Shown: in pieces, positions 27,144 through 36,949 of the stretch
How the letters are laid out: every line of letters starts with the position of its first letter
Position numbering within the stretch: position 1 is the first letter of the stretch
From: Candidatus Levyibacteriota bacterium
GTDB lineage: Bacteria > Patescibacteriota > Microgenomatia > Levybacterales > UBA12049
Length of the DNA: 64,000 nt
Direction of reading: 5' to 3'
Assembly (NCBI GenBank): GCA_016186645.1
Contig: JACPLF010000006.1
Location: forward strand, 124,808-188,807
The notes under the pieces: model-generated
Told to the model about the DNA's origin: nothing
Database searches by the model: none
What the model saw: the letters and a program-made list of their open reading frames with translations, nothing else
Made by a program: the position numbers and the translations under genes

Positions 27144-30100
27144 ATGCCAGTAGATATGACACCAGAAACAGAAAGCGGACATCATCCTAATGGAGAGGGG
27201 GGGGCAGAATCCCCTTTGCCGGAGATAAGGCTGACCCAAGTTGTTAAATCGGCATCTCCAGTTGTTCCAGAAAGAATTTTAAGGGAAAAGACCATGGAAG
27301 AAAAAGCCTTGCTCGTGCCTTACGGGGAATACACGTTTCTTATTGTAAGGGATTCCGGCAGAATTGCTCTTTTGGACGCAAATGGCAAGAATGTAGAGGA
27401 ATTTGCCAACTTGGGGTCAACGATGATTCTTGATTGGGATAGTATCAGAACGAAGAGGGTTACACGAATAACTAGATTAACAGCAGCCGGGAAAGAAGAA
27501 ATTAGTGTGCATGAATTGAAAGATCCAAAATTAAAGAGAGCGGCTAGTGAGAAATTCAGCTATTTAAACGTAGATTCTATGGAAATTCCACCTCCATGGA
27601 AATTGGACGATTCTCATCCCGGACAGATTCATTTCTCCATTTCTAGAAATGGTATTATTTTTGGCTCAGGTGAAATAGTGGGTTTTCGTACAACGGACGA
27701 GCATGATATTCCTTATCCTGTTCGAAACTGGATAAGGACAGATAATGCTAGTGTTGATTTTAAAGATAGACTGTTTTTGCAAAATATGGCGATTGGGCTT
27801 CCTACACTTACTAAAGAAGTGGCAAAATTGCCGCGCGGTGTTGATGCGTTTGGCAGAACGGAGTATATAGTAAACGCTTCGGATGAACTTACGCTTCATT
27901 TGGGTGATGACAAGAAGGTTTACTTGGGGCGCGTAGACGCGGGAGGACGTATCTGTGTTGATCCTACGGAGAAAGATGCAGTTTACTTTCTAAGCCAGCA
28001 AAATCCTACTTATTTACTCAAGATAGATGCATCAGCGGAGCGCATTTCACAGAGACAGCGATTGGAAGCTCAACATTTACCTTTCCCTAGAGATTTTGGT
28101 GCGGTTAAATCCATATCCATTGATCCGCAAGGCAGCTTTTTCATGCTAGAAACAGATAAGGGAATCGTTCTTCTGGAAAAAGGTACACTTAAGGAGTTGA
28201 AGGATGCTCCTGGTTTTTCTTCGGCGCATTTTGATTCAAAAGGAAGAATAGTTGCTCTAGATAACAATGGGTACTTTGTTATATTGCAGCCGGATTTAGA
28301 GGAGTATCGTAGAGCAATTGAAAAGGCAAAGATGGAAGGGATTGTCAGAGGAGCAACAGCGGATTTATTTGGAAAAGAAGAAGCTGAAACCGGAAAGGTT
28401 GATGTCGATAAATTTAAGCATCTGTTGCCAATAAGGACAAATTTGCAAAATGATTTCGATCCTCAGATACGTAAAATCAAAACTTTTAGTGAGACAACCG
28501 CAATTTCACGAGCTCTGGATACATTAAGATCCCGCCTTGGGTCCCAAGGACTAAATCCCGAACAAGTATTATTTATCACAAAAGGAATAGAAGAGGCAAT
28601 ACGAGCTAAACAACAGGAATTGGCTATGCCATTGGTTGTTCAAGGATTGGCGGATTTACAGGGCAAGCTTTCAGGAGACTTAACTGTAGCTGTTCTTTCT
28701 GAAGCCAGAGACGATCTTACCAAATTAAAATCTTTGGAAGGGTTCGTTGATGAAGGGACGCGCGCCAAAATAATTGCTTTGGAAAAACAATTAAGTACGC
28801 AGAGCTCTGAGTTTTTTCGTAGAGAAAGCCCGGTGATTGAAAAATATGGTAGCGATATTGTGCAAAGGGAAATAACAAGACTTGTACAGATAACAAGTAA
28901 ACCTGATTTTGACGATTGGCAAGAACATACATTGCCTCAGCAGTTAAGGAGGCTAACGGAATTGATCAATAATTATCCGCCAGACGCTCCTTCAGAGACA
29001 TTAGAGAGACTTCTGTCTTTTAGCAAGCAACTGCGGGACATGGCTAGGGAATATGAGATTAAATTTAAAGAAAGATATGCGGAGGTTCGTCAAAGGGGAT
29101 CTGTAATAATGGGTGAAAGAGTAGGATTAATTGAATCAGACATAGTTTCGTTTGCTGAAAGACTTAGAGGTAGAGGTTTTAAGGATAGGATGCAGGCAGA
29201 AACTCATATTGGATCAAGTGAGGCATTGGGAATCCTTCGATCTGACATTGAAGAGCTTGCAAGGCAAAATCCGGATGCAGCAAGAGAGTTAGATAGGACA
29301 CTGAAAGCGCAAATTGCCAACATAATGTTTGAAATTGAGCGTGGCGGGCTGACAACAATTGCAGAAACTGGTCAGCAAATGGAGTTATTTGGAAAGACTC
29401 TATTTCCAAGATGGGAAGCCCCAATCAAAGAAAAGACTCAAAAAAAAGTTGATCTTATTTTTATCCCGAATGAAAGATCAGAAGGCCCAGGAATTTCTCC
29501 AGATAGAATTTACGGCGATGTGGGGCTTGCTGTTATAAATTCACGGGGCAAGGTAGCAAGAGTAAGACTTTTTGAGGGATGGGAGAAGGAGAATGCAGTT
29601 AGATTGGGCATATTGCCTTTAATTCCACCATCCTATGTTACGTATGCTGAGTTTGGGGAAATAAGAAAGGCATATATGGACTGGAATATCGGAGAGAAAT
29701 CAAAGATTCGGCAAGAGCTTGCCCAAAGAAGCAACGTGCTTCGGGAGTGGCGAAAAGCAAGACTAGGGCAACACAAATCTCCTCAGGAAGAGGAAGAATG
29801 GAAAGACTTACTTAGAGATTATGTAAGTTTTTATGCTGAAAATTATATCTCTATTTTGCATCGTGTGGATCGTGTAAAAAAAGCTCCGGAGGGCGAGTAC
29901 GAGAATGGAAAAGGTTTTGTTCCTGAGTGGCAAAGCCATTGGACAGTAGACGAAACCACAGAGCACTATTTGGAAGAAATGGCTAAGGCTTCCGGAATGC
30001 AGCTTGATTTACAAGAAGGCTTACTTAATCTTAAGGGGCATGCGGGAACAGGAAAAGACGTACTCGTAAAAATGTTTAGCAATCGAACAAACAGGCCTTA

Positions 30101-30998
30101 TTTTACAATTGACTGCTCAAAATGGACAACAGAGTTCGAACTTTCAGAAGACGTAGTGCTTGAAGCAGAAGACGGCGCGTCAAAAACAGTAAAAGTCCCA
30201 TCAGTTGTTTTAAACGCTATAACAACCCCTGGTGCAATTATGTACTTCAATGAGATTAACGCCATGCCGGAACAGGCACAGATTTTCCTGCATGGATTAA
30301 TGGATGAAAAAAGAACATTGACTCTCAAAACAAGTTCGGGAAAAGCGGTTAAAACTTTGCCTAGTGTGCTTTTGATGGGGTCGATGAATCCGGGATATCC
30401 GGGCACGTTTAATCCCCAATTTGCAACTAAGAGTAGAATGGTTGGACTAGAAATAGATTACCCTCCATTATATGGAGAAAGAGGAACAAACGATCCTAAT
30501 CCAAACCCTCCAATAAGCGCTGCTGAGGCATTACGGGTTGCTCGACAAGTTGATTCATTGGCTGATTTTACCTATGAAGCCAATCCTAAGCACAATGAAT
30601 TCGTACGAATATGGGACAGGTATGTTAATGGGATTCAAAATGGAGCGCCTGACTTAAATCAAGTACAAAGATTTGATGTTGAAGCTATTTTGACAATGGT
30701 GGAGTTTGCACAAAAACTTAGGGAAGGATTTATACTGAAGTTTGAAAAAGCAAGGGCATCGTCAATTCCTAAGGGAACACTTTTAGTTGATCAGCCAATA
30801 ACAGGAAGAGAAATGAGAAGAATGGCTTACTTTTTAAGCAAAATGTCTCCAGAGGAAAAGGCAACAGCTAATCCAGAAGCAGTAATAAGAAGTCTTATTG
30901 AAAGATTCTTCCTGTCCCATATTGATAAGAAAGATGAGAGGGATGAAATAAGAACAGCAATGGCTACTTGGACGTCGTCCAAGAGACCGGCAGCTTAG
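27144..30998 (+). CDS. Giant (1284 aa) protein with C-terminal MoxR/AAA_5-like ATPase
   Basis: Walker A GHAGTGKD, Walker B IMYFNEIN, sensor SMNPGY, arginine finger KSRM; beta-rich N-terminus then long helical region. Confidence 0.8.
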   Translation: MPVDMTPETESGHHPNGEGGAESPLPEIRLTQVVKSASPVVPERILREKTMEEKALLVPYGEYTFLIVRDSGRIALLDANGKNVEEFANLGSTMILDWDSIRTKRVTRITRLTAAGKEEISVHELKDPKLKRAASEKFSYLNVDSMEIPPPWKLDDSHPGQIHFSISRNGIIFGSGEIVGFRTTDEHDIPYPVRNWIRTDNASVDFKDRLFLQNMAIGLPTLTKEVAKLPRGVDAFGRTEYIVNASDELTLHLGDDKKVYLGRVDAGGRICVDPTEKDAVYFLSQQNPTYLLKIDASAERISQRQRLEAQHLPFPRDFGAVKSISIDPQGSFFMLETDKGIVLLEKGTLKELKDAPGFSSAHFDSKGRIVALDNNGYFVILQPDLEEYRRAIEKAKMEGIVRGATADLFGKEEAETGKVDVDKFKHLLPIRTNLQNDFDPQIRKIKTFSETTAISRALDTLRSRLGSQGLNPEQVLFITKGIEEAIRAKQQELAMPLVVQGLADLQGKLSGDLTVAVLSEARDDLTKLKSLEGFVDEGTRAKIIALEKQLSTQSSEFFRRESPVIEKYGSDIVQREITRLVQITSKPDFDDWQEHTLPQQLRRLTELINNYPPDAPSETLERLLSFSKQLRDMAREYEIKFKERYAEVRQRGSVIMGERVGLIESDIVSFAERLRGRGFKDRMQAETHIGSSEALGILRSDIEELARQNPDAARELDRTLKAQIANIMFEIERGGLTTIAETGQQMELFGKTLFPRWEAPIKEKTQKKVDLIFIPNERSEGPGISPDRIYGDVGLAVINSRGKVARVRLFEGWEKENAVRLGILPLIPPSYVTYAEFGEIRKAYMDWNIGEKSKIRQELAQRSNVLREWRKARLGQHKSPQEEEEWKDLLRDYVSFYAENYISILHRVDRVKKAPEGEYENGKGFVPEWQSHWTVDETTEHYLEEMAKASGMQLDLQEGLLNLKGHAGTGKDVLVKMFSNRTNRPYFTIDCSKWTTEFELSEDVVLEAEDGASKTVKVPSVVLNAITTPGAIMYFNEINAMPEQAQIFLHGLMDEKRTLTLKTSSGKAVKTLPSVLLMGSMNPGYPGTFNPQFATKSRMVGLEIDYPPLYGERGTNDPNPNPPISAAEALRVARQVDSLADFTYEANPKHNEFVRIWDRYVNGIQNGAPDLNQVQRFDVEAILTMVEFAQKLREGFILKFEKARASSIPKGTLLVDQPITGREMRRMAYFLSKMSPEEKATANPEAVIRSLIERFFLSHIDKKDERDEIRTAMATWTSSKRPAA

Positions 30999-31013
30999 TT
31001 ATGCAATACAGAT

Positions 31014-34000
31014 ATGGATATGGATACAGAAAGAGGAGAAATACCGCGACCTCCGCAGAAAGATGGACTTGCTAGAGAAAAAATTTTTCTCGCAGAGCAA
31101 GCCTCGGAAGGTGATTTAAAAGTAGTCCCCGGAAAAAATTGGGCGTTCCACTATCCTCACGGTGCGCAAGCACGATCTGATGCCATTTCTGGTCTGCTTG
31201 ATGGGCGGACTAAGCCGGAAGATGTACTTGGTGATTTAAAACCAGACGCCTTTACCTATGATGTTGCTGATCTTGAACATCAAGGTTTAGTTTCGGTTGC
31301 TGGAAGAGTTAGAGATGTTTCGGCATATGTAACTCATTATGATTATTCCCGATTTGCTCAGTTTGTAGCTAGCTTGCAGGGAACAGGTATAACTCCTGAT
31401 ACAGCTCAATCTCTTTATGATGGTATAGCTCAAAACAGAATCCGTAAAAAAATGATCGAGGCTTATGGATATACAGGCAGAAAGCAAATGGAAGAAGCTC
31501 TTAAGTTGGAAGCAGAGAGAGCTGTACAGCAAATTGGCAGCCTTCCTCGCGTTGAGAAAGTGTTGGCGGCCTTAAAAATGAACTGGATGGCCGAAGATCA
31601 GCTTGCTAGAACTGAGCAAAGAGATCAAACAGTAGGACAACTGTCTCCTGATGAGCGTCAGCTTTATGATCTGCTGAGAGATCCTTACCAAGACTACGTA
31701 AGAAGGGGTGATCAATCTGCTTATGAAAGTTTGGTAAATGGGGTAAAAGAGAATATCCCTAAAATTCAACAAGAGCCAGAGAAGCCAGAGGAACCGCAAA
31801 GGGATGAAGCTCAGGAGAAGCTTGAAGAAGAATTGGAAGAATATAAAGATGAAGCGGTGCCGCCCGTTACTCCTGGAGATCCGGGAATTCCGCCTGAAGA
31901 TTCTGACGAATACCATACTCCTTCATCTCCCCCATGGGAATCTGAAGAGGAAGCATCTTCCCATCCGTATTTTGAAATAACTCCAAATGGAACGAGTACT
32001 AAGCCAATGACAGGATATTATGCAAGCGGCAGAAAAAGCCATTACGACATTGATCAAAAAACATGGAGTAAGAAAAAGCAACTCGTTTCTTATGGTGCAA
32101 ATATAAATGGGAATGAAAGGCAAACTATTTCGGCAACAGTAGGCAAGGGGCTTACATCTATACCTATACCAAATGGGTACGGATTGGATATGCAGTCTCT
32201 CAAATTCACAGGTGACAGGCCTGAAATTTTCAGAGATCAAAATGGATGTTTTTATATAAAAACTGATGGAGGCAGTACGTTTTCAATAGATTTCTTAAAA
32301 GAAAATCCTGTTTTTTCTGGTTCCCCAATAGCAGATGATATAGTGCCTATCCATAGAGGACAGCTTTCTATAGAGACGGAAAACGCAATGACTGGTTTAG
32401 TTGGCAGCGATTTAGAAAAAGCAGAAGCGCTTCGCAAATATTTACTCTCAAAACATTTTTATCCCGGCGATGGTGATTTGCAAATGGCGCAGGCTTTGCA
32501 GCTTAAGCTAAGAAGTGAGTCTGCAGGAGACAATTATATTCAAAATCTTGACAAATCGGAGTATCTTGAATGCTATTCTGCGAATACGCTTTTTATAGCA
32601 ATGCTCAGGAAAATTGGTATTCCCGCAAGATTAGTTATTGGCCACCGAGTAGAAAACGCAAAAAATGGCAAAGCAAGCATTAATTCAACTACCGGTCACG
32701 CTTGGACTGAAGTATGGGATGGTAGTGCTTGGAGAAGAATGGATGCAACGCCACGACCAAAACAGCAAAAGAAAGATCAAAAGGGCGATTCAAATTCTCC
32801 TACTCAGGAAGCGCAGGATGGAGGGATTGAAGGACAAGGTCAGCCACAGCAAGATCAACCTCAGCAGGGGCAAGGTAGTCAATCTGGCGAGTCAATGCCA
32901 GGTCAGCAAATGGGTGAAGCTTCCGACCAAGACATAGCTCAAGGAGAATCACAACTTGACAATGCCCAACAATTTTCGGAGCATTTGGAGCAGGAAAAGC
33001 AAAGCTTAGACCAAAAACTTGAAAATGCGGAGTCCTTCCAAGATTTAAAGAAGTTAGAGCAGGAAGCTCAGGAGTCTGATTTGTTTGATGACATGAAACA
33101 AGATTTACAAGACAGGTTAGAAGCAAAAGAGGAGCAGATGAAAGAAGCAATTAAAGAAAATCTTGATGAAATGGTACAAGACGGATTTTTAGATGAGGAG
33201 AGGAGACAGGAACTTGAGAGACAGCTTGAAGAAAATAAATTAGAAGAACTCGATCGAATTAGACAGCAAATTGAGCGGGAAAGCAGGTTATTTAATGAGT
33301 ACCAAGATATCAAGGAAGAAGTAGCGCCTTTGGTTGATCAGTGGTTTGATTACTTTGTAGAACGATTGCCAAGGCAGAAAGAAGTTGAGCTGGATGAAGA
33401 TTCACTTACCCGACAGGGGGCTTTCAATAGACATTCTGTAATGAAACCAAGGAATTTGCTTTTCGGAACTGTTAAAAATCCCCGAGTTATTAAGCCGTCA
33501 ATTAAACCAAAATTTTTAGCTTCAGTTATGGTTGACGTAAGCGGTTCAATGGCTGGAGAGAAGTTAAATATGGCAAGGAAACAATTGGTTTTCTATAATG
33601 AACTCTTTTCAAGGATTAGCAGTGAATTTGGTTTTATAAGGTATGCAAATAACATCTTTTCTGATAATTTAGTTGAACTCAAAACTTACGATCAAGATTA
33701 TGAAAGTCCTGTAAGATACGATTGGGGAGATGGTACTCGGTCAACAATTAAAGCGCGTCTTATGCAAGCGCTTCATACACAAGGAGGGACAAATATGCTC
33801 CCGGCAATTCAAAAAGCAGCAGCAGATTTAAATAAAGAAACATTTGAGTATCCAGATTATGCTTCTGCTTTTTATTTTGTTGGAGATGGGGAAGATACAT
33901 CTGGAAATTCAGCGAGAATTAAAGAGTTTTTAGGATTACTGGATTCTGAACATGGATTCGGAGAACATATGCTATCAGCAATAATGCTAGGAGATGAATC

Positions 34001-34136
34001 TCAAAGAAGAGGATTGGCCGCTATTTTTGGAGATGAACATACAACAGTTGCTCCAGATTTTGAAGCTTTGATCGAACAAAGTATGTACAAATTTGATGAA
34101 GACATAGAAGCGTATTTACGAGATAAAACTATATAA
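31014..34136 (+). CDS. Transglutaminase-like domain plus vWA domain fusion protein
   Basis: ECYSAN...GIPARLVIG, GHAWTEVW, RMDATP (Cys-His-Asp triad); Q/E-rich linker; MIDAS DVSGS, GGTN, GDGE. Confidence 0.85.
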   Translation: MDMDTERGEIPRPPQKDGLAREKIFLAEQASEGDLKVVPGKNWAFHYPHGAQARSDAISGLLDGRTKPEDVLGDLKPDAFTYDVADLEHQGLVSVAGRVRDVSAYVTHYDYSRFAQFVASLQGTGITPDTAQSLYDGIAQNRIRKKMIEAYGYTGRKQMEEALKLEAERAVQQIGSLPRVEKVLAALKMNWMAEDQLARTEQRDQTVGQLSPDERQLYDLLRDPYQDYVRRGDQSAYESLVNGVKENIPKIQQEPEKPEEPQRDEAQEKLEEELEEYKDEAVPPVTPGDPGIPPEDSDEYHTPSSPPWESEEEASSHPYFEITPNGTSTKPMTGYYASGRKSHYDIDQKTWSKKKQLVSYGANINGNERQTISATVGKGLTSIPIPNGYGLDMQSLKFTGDRPEIFRDQNGCFYIKTDGGSTFSIDFLKENPVFSGSPIADDIVPIHRGQLSIETENAMTGLVGSDLEKAEALRKYLLSKHFYPGDGDLQMAQALQLKLRSESAGDNYIQNLDKSEYLECYSANTLFIAMLRKIGIPARLVIGHRVENAKNGKASINSTTGHAWTEVWDGSAWRRMDATPRPKQQKKDQKGDSNSPTQEAQDGGIEGQGQPQQDQPQQGQGSQSGESMPGQQMGEASDQDIAQGESQLDNAQQFSEHLEQEKQSLDQKLENAESFQDLKKLEQEAQESDLFDDMKQDLQDRLEAKEEQMKEAIKENLDEMVQDGFLDEERRQELERQLEENKLEELDRIRQQIERESRLFNEYQDIKEEVAPLVDQWFDYFVERLPRQKEVELDEDSLTRQGAFNRHSVMKPRNLLFGTVKNPRVIKPSIKPKFLASVMVDVSGSMAGEKLNMARKQLVFYNELFSRISSEFGFIRYANNIFSDNLVELKTYDQDYESPVRYDWGDGTRSTIKARLMQALHTQGGTNMLPAIQKAAADLNKETFEYPDYASAFYFVGDGEDTSGNSARIKEFLGLLDSEHGFGEHMLSAIMLGDESQRRGLAAIFGDEHTTVAPDFEALIEQSMYKFDEDIEAYLRDKTI

Positions 34137-34161
34137 ACTCGTCAAATCCTTCCTGCCCTAA
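34135..34161 (+). repeat. Displaced copy of the ftsA 3' end (copy 2)
   Basis: aaa ctc gtc aaa tcc ttc ctg ccc taa = KLVKSFLP* vs ftsA NLIKSFMP* (27075-27101). Confidence 0.8.
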
Positions 34162-34183
34162 AAACTTTTGATATAATCATCCC

Positions 34184-34627
34184 ATGATCGAAAGACAGCC
34201 CTATGTGGAGCGTTATCAGGTCATGACTCCGCAGCAACGAAATGCGGAAATGAAAGGGTTATTTGCACTTCTTCCAGATGCCGACGTAACTTGGTCAGCT
34301 TTTCAGGGATTATTAGAATTGTTACAGCCCGAGGATATAAAAGAAAGACTTGCTTCTATAGATCTACATTTTGCAGAGAAAAAAGATATTTCTGATCATA
34401 GGAGAGCTTCTGTATTAAGACAGAATTTGACCGTGCGGCTAAATACTCTGTTGTCTTTTTCAATGATTACAGATGCCTTTAAAGTCTGTATCGCTGATGT
34501 GTTTAATCACAATTTTGACGTAGGCGTAAGTGAAGAAACATTAGTAGGTTGGATATTCCCCAGTGGAAGAAAATGGTATGCAGATTTGTTCCAATGGGAC
34601 CAATTAGAGAACGGTGGGATATTTTGA
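34184..34627 (+). CDS. Hypothetical protein
   Basis: 147-aa ORF; TATAAT 6 nt upstream. Confidence 0.65.
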   Translation: MIERQPYVERYQVMTPQQRNAEMKGLFALLPDADVTWSAFQGLLELLQPEDIKERLASIDLHFAEKKDISDHRRASVLRQNLTVRLNTLLSFSMITDAFKVCIADVFNHNFDVGVSEETLVGWIFPSGRKWYADLFQWDQLENGGIF

Positions 34628-34823
34628 TAGACAACAAGCAAGAAAGATAGAGCAGGAAGCGTATGTGTCTGCAATCGATCAGTATTTGAGACAGGAACTA
34701 CCTTATGAAGAAGAACAGGATGAGCCATTGGATGAAGAAAGCTTGGAAAATGAACGAAAACAAAAAGAAATTATTGAGAGATGGAGAGGTGAATTTATTC
34801 AGCGCTATGGTGACGAGCCTTAA
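34614..34823 (+). CDS. Small acidic hypothetical protein
   Basis: 69-aa ORF with GTG start overlapping the previous gene. Confidence 0.5.
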   Translation: MGYFDRQQARKIEQEAYVSAIDQYLRQELPYEEEQDEPLDEESLENERKQKEIIERWRGEFIQRYGDEP

Positions 34824-34921
34824 AATCTGAATAAGTTTTGATGTTTCCTCCAAAGGCGGACAGGTCGAAAGATTGAAACGAATTCATTTTCTTTTTTGTT
34901 ATCTCCATACCCGTACAACAT

Positions 34922-34935
34922 TACGCTATAGCGTA
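34922..34935. promoter_or_regulatory. Perfect 14-bp palindrome TACGCTATAGCGTA, copy 2
   Basis: Identical to 7235-7248; outer arms gtaca/tgtac. Confidence 0.6.
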
Positions 34936-34968
34936 TCACTGTACCAGCACTAACTTTTTAAGCTATAA

Positions 34969-34995
34969 AACTTCGTCAAATCCTTCATGCCATAA
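34969..34995 (+). repeat. Displaced copy of the ftsA 3' end (copy 3)
   Basis: aac ttc gtc aaa tcc ttc atg cca taa = NFVKSFMP*; last 20 bp identical to 27082-27101. Confidence 0.88.
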
Positions 34996-35056
34996 TCCCC
35001 TTGCTTTTTAGTTTTTGTTTGCTAATATAAGTTAAACTGCTTCAGAGTATTTTGCG

Positions 35057-35785
35057 ATGAAAGAAAGATTGGCGACTTTAATTTCAGGGGGCGGTACCAC
35101 AATGCAAGCAATCATAGAAGCTTGTCAATCCGGAGAAGTTCCAATGGATATTGCTTGTGTTATTTCCAGCAGTCCTACTGCTGGCGGAATAGAAAAAGCA
35201 AAGCGCTTAGGAATTCCGGACAAAGATATTGTTGTGATTGATCCAAATAAATTTAAGGGTAGAGATAAAAAAATGGATCAAGACGCATTCGGTTTTGCAA
35301 TTTTACAAACACTACGAAAACGCGGGGTAACTGTTGTTACTCAAAATGGCTGGCTGCCCCTAACTCCACAAAGTGTTATAGATGAATATTCAGATGCGAT
35401 ATTTAATCAACACCCAGGCCCGGTACCGGAATTTGGAGGCAAAGGAATGTATGGGAGAAGAGTGCATGCCGCAAGATTGTTGTTTGTTCGGGAAACGAGA
35501 AGAAATTTTTGGACAGAGGCTATTGCTCAAAGAGTCCATAGAAATTTTGATCAAGGATCAGCAGTTAAATCTGAGCAAGTTGATATTCTTCCGGATGATA
35601 CAGCTGAAGATTTACAAAAAAGAGTTTTGCCAATTGAGCATCGAGTGCAAATTGAATTACTTAAGGATGTTGCTCGCGGCAATGTTAAGGAAGTAACAGG
35701 AAGGGAAAAACTTGTACGTCCCGGAGAAGAAAGAATTTTATTTCAGGCAAAAAAAGCAGCAAGATTATTGTATCCGTATGGATAA
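35057..35785 (+). CDS. purN: Phosphoribosylglycinamide formyltransferase-like protein
   Basis: LISGGGTTMQAI, FNQHPG..PEFGGKGMYG.RVH, FDQG, LQKRVLPIEH. Confidence 0.85.
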   Translation: MKERLATLISGGGTTMQAIIEACQSGEVPMDIACVISSSPTAGGIEKAKRLGIPDKDIVVIDPNKFKGRDKKMDQDAFGFAILQTLRKRGVTVVTQNGWLPLTPQSVIDEYSDAIFNQHPGPVPEFGGKGMYGRRVHAARLLFVRETRRNFWTEAIAQRVHRNFDQGSAVKSEQVDILPDDTAEDLQKRVLPIEHRVQIELLKDVARGNVKEVTGREKLVRPGEERILFQAKKAARLLYPYG

Positions 35786-36893
35786 ACGCAGGGGAAAGAA
35801 AATAACGTATAAATCATCAGGAGTTAATTATCAGGATTTGGATCCTGTGAAAAAACTTGCGCAAAAGGGAGCTTTAAAAACTGCGAGAAATCTTAGGAAA
35901 AACGGATATAAAGAAATTTCTGAGAGCCGAGGAGAATCTGCATTTGTTTGGCAGCAAGGTAATTTTTTGATGGCATCTGTCATTGAAGGACTTGGAACGA
36001 AAAATCTTGTTGCAGATATAACAGCGCAAATTACCGGCAAATCTTATTACGATATTATTGGCCACGATACTGTTGCAACAATAATAAATGATCTGATTGC
36101 TGTCGGAGCAAAACCGTTGACTATAAGTGCGTATTGGGCGGTAGGCCAAAGCGATTGGTTTAAGAATAAAAAAAGGACAAAAGATTTAATAAGGGGATGG
36201 AAAAGAGCATGCAATCTGGCGGGTGTTACGTGGGGCGGCGGAGAAACGCCAACTCTAAAAGGAATAATTCGGGAAGAATCAATAGATCTGGGAGGGTCTG
36301 CGATTGGAATTATTTCTCTAAAGAAAAATCTTATTACGGATAAAAAATTAAAAATTGGCGATAGAATAATACTTTTAAGAAGCAATGGAATAAATGCAAA
36401 TGGATTGTCATTGGCCCGAGCGCTTGCAAAAAATTTACCAAAAGGTTATGCAACAAAACTTCCAAGTGGAAAAATTTATGGAGAAGCGCTTCTTGCAAAA
36501 ACAAATATTTATGCAAAATTAATACAGGATTTGCTAAATGCAGGAATTGACATTCACTATATTTCAAACATAACAGGACATGGACTGCGAAAAATAATGC
36601 GGGCTCGTTTAAATTTTACTTATATAATTGAAAAAATATTTAATCCTCAAGAAATATTTTTATTTATCCAAAAGCACGCAAATTTATCCTCTTACGAAAT
36701 GTATCAAACATTCAATATGGGAATGGATTATGCTTTATTTATTCCTAAAAAAGATATTGAAAAAGCACAAAAAATTATAACTAAAAATAAATTGGAAAGT
36801 ATAGATGCCGGACGAGTTGAGGAAGGAAAAAAACAAGTTGTGATAAAACCAAAAAACATTATTTTTAATGCAGAGACATTGGGAGTTAGATAA
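35778..36893 (+). CDS. purM: AIR synthetase
   Basis: ITYKSSGV, EGLGTK, NDLIAVGAKP, GGET, SNGINANG, NITGHG, EMYQTFNMG; ATG 35778 preferred. Confidence 0.88.
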   Translation: MDKRRGKKITYKSSGVNYQDLDPVKKLAQKGALKTARNLRKNGYKEISESRGESAFVWQQGNFLMASVIEGLGTKNLVADITAQITGKSYYDIIGHDTVATIINDLIAVGAKPLTISAYWAVGQSDWFKNKKRTKDLIRGWKRACNLAGVTWGGGETPTLKGIIREESIDLGGSAIGIISLKKNLITDKKLKIGDRIILLRSNGINANGLSLARALAKNLPKGYATKLPSGKIYGEALLAKTNIYAKLIQDLLNAGIDIHYISNITGHGLRKIMRARLNFTYIIEKIFNPQEIFLFIQKHANLSSYEMYQTFNMGMDYALFIPKKDIEKAQKIITKNKLESIDAGRVEEGKKQVVIKPKNIIFNAETLGVR

Positions 36894-36949
36894 ATTGTTC
36901 CATTGACTTTTGGAAAACAGGATGTTAGGATAAGTTGATTCCTTAATAT

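Noticed and set aside
35712-35777. Longer purM start from the ORF track
   Set aside because: Overlaps purN by 74 nt; recognisable PurM sequence begins after ATG 35778
36894-36949. Expected ftsA-tail copy after purM, and tail copies after the sugar transferase, glyS and glmS inserts
   Set aside because: Looked for and not found, so not every accessory gene here fits the tail-duplication model
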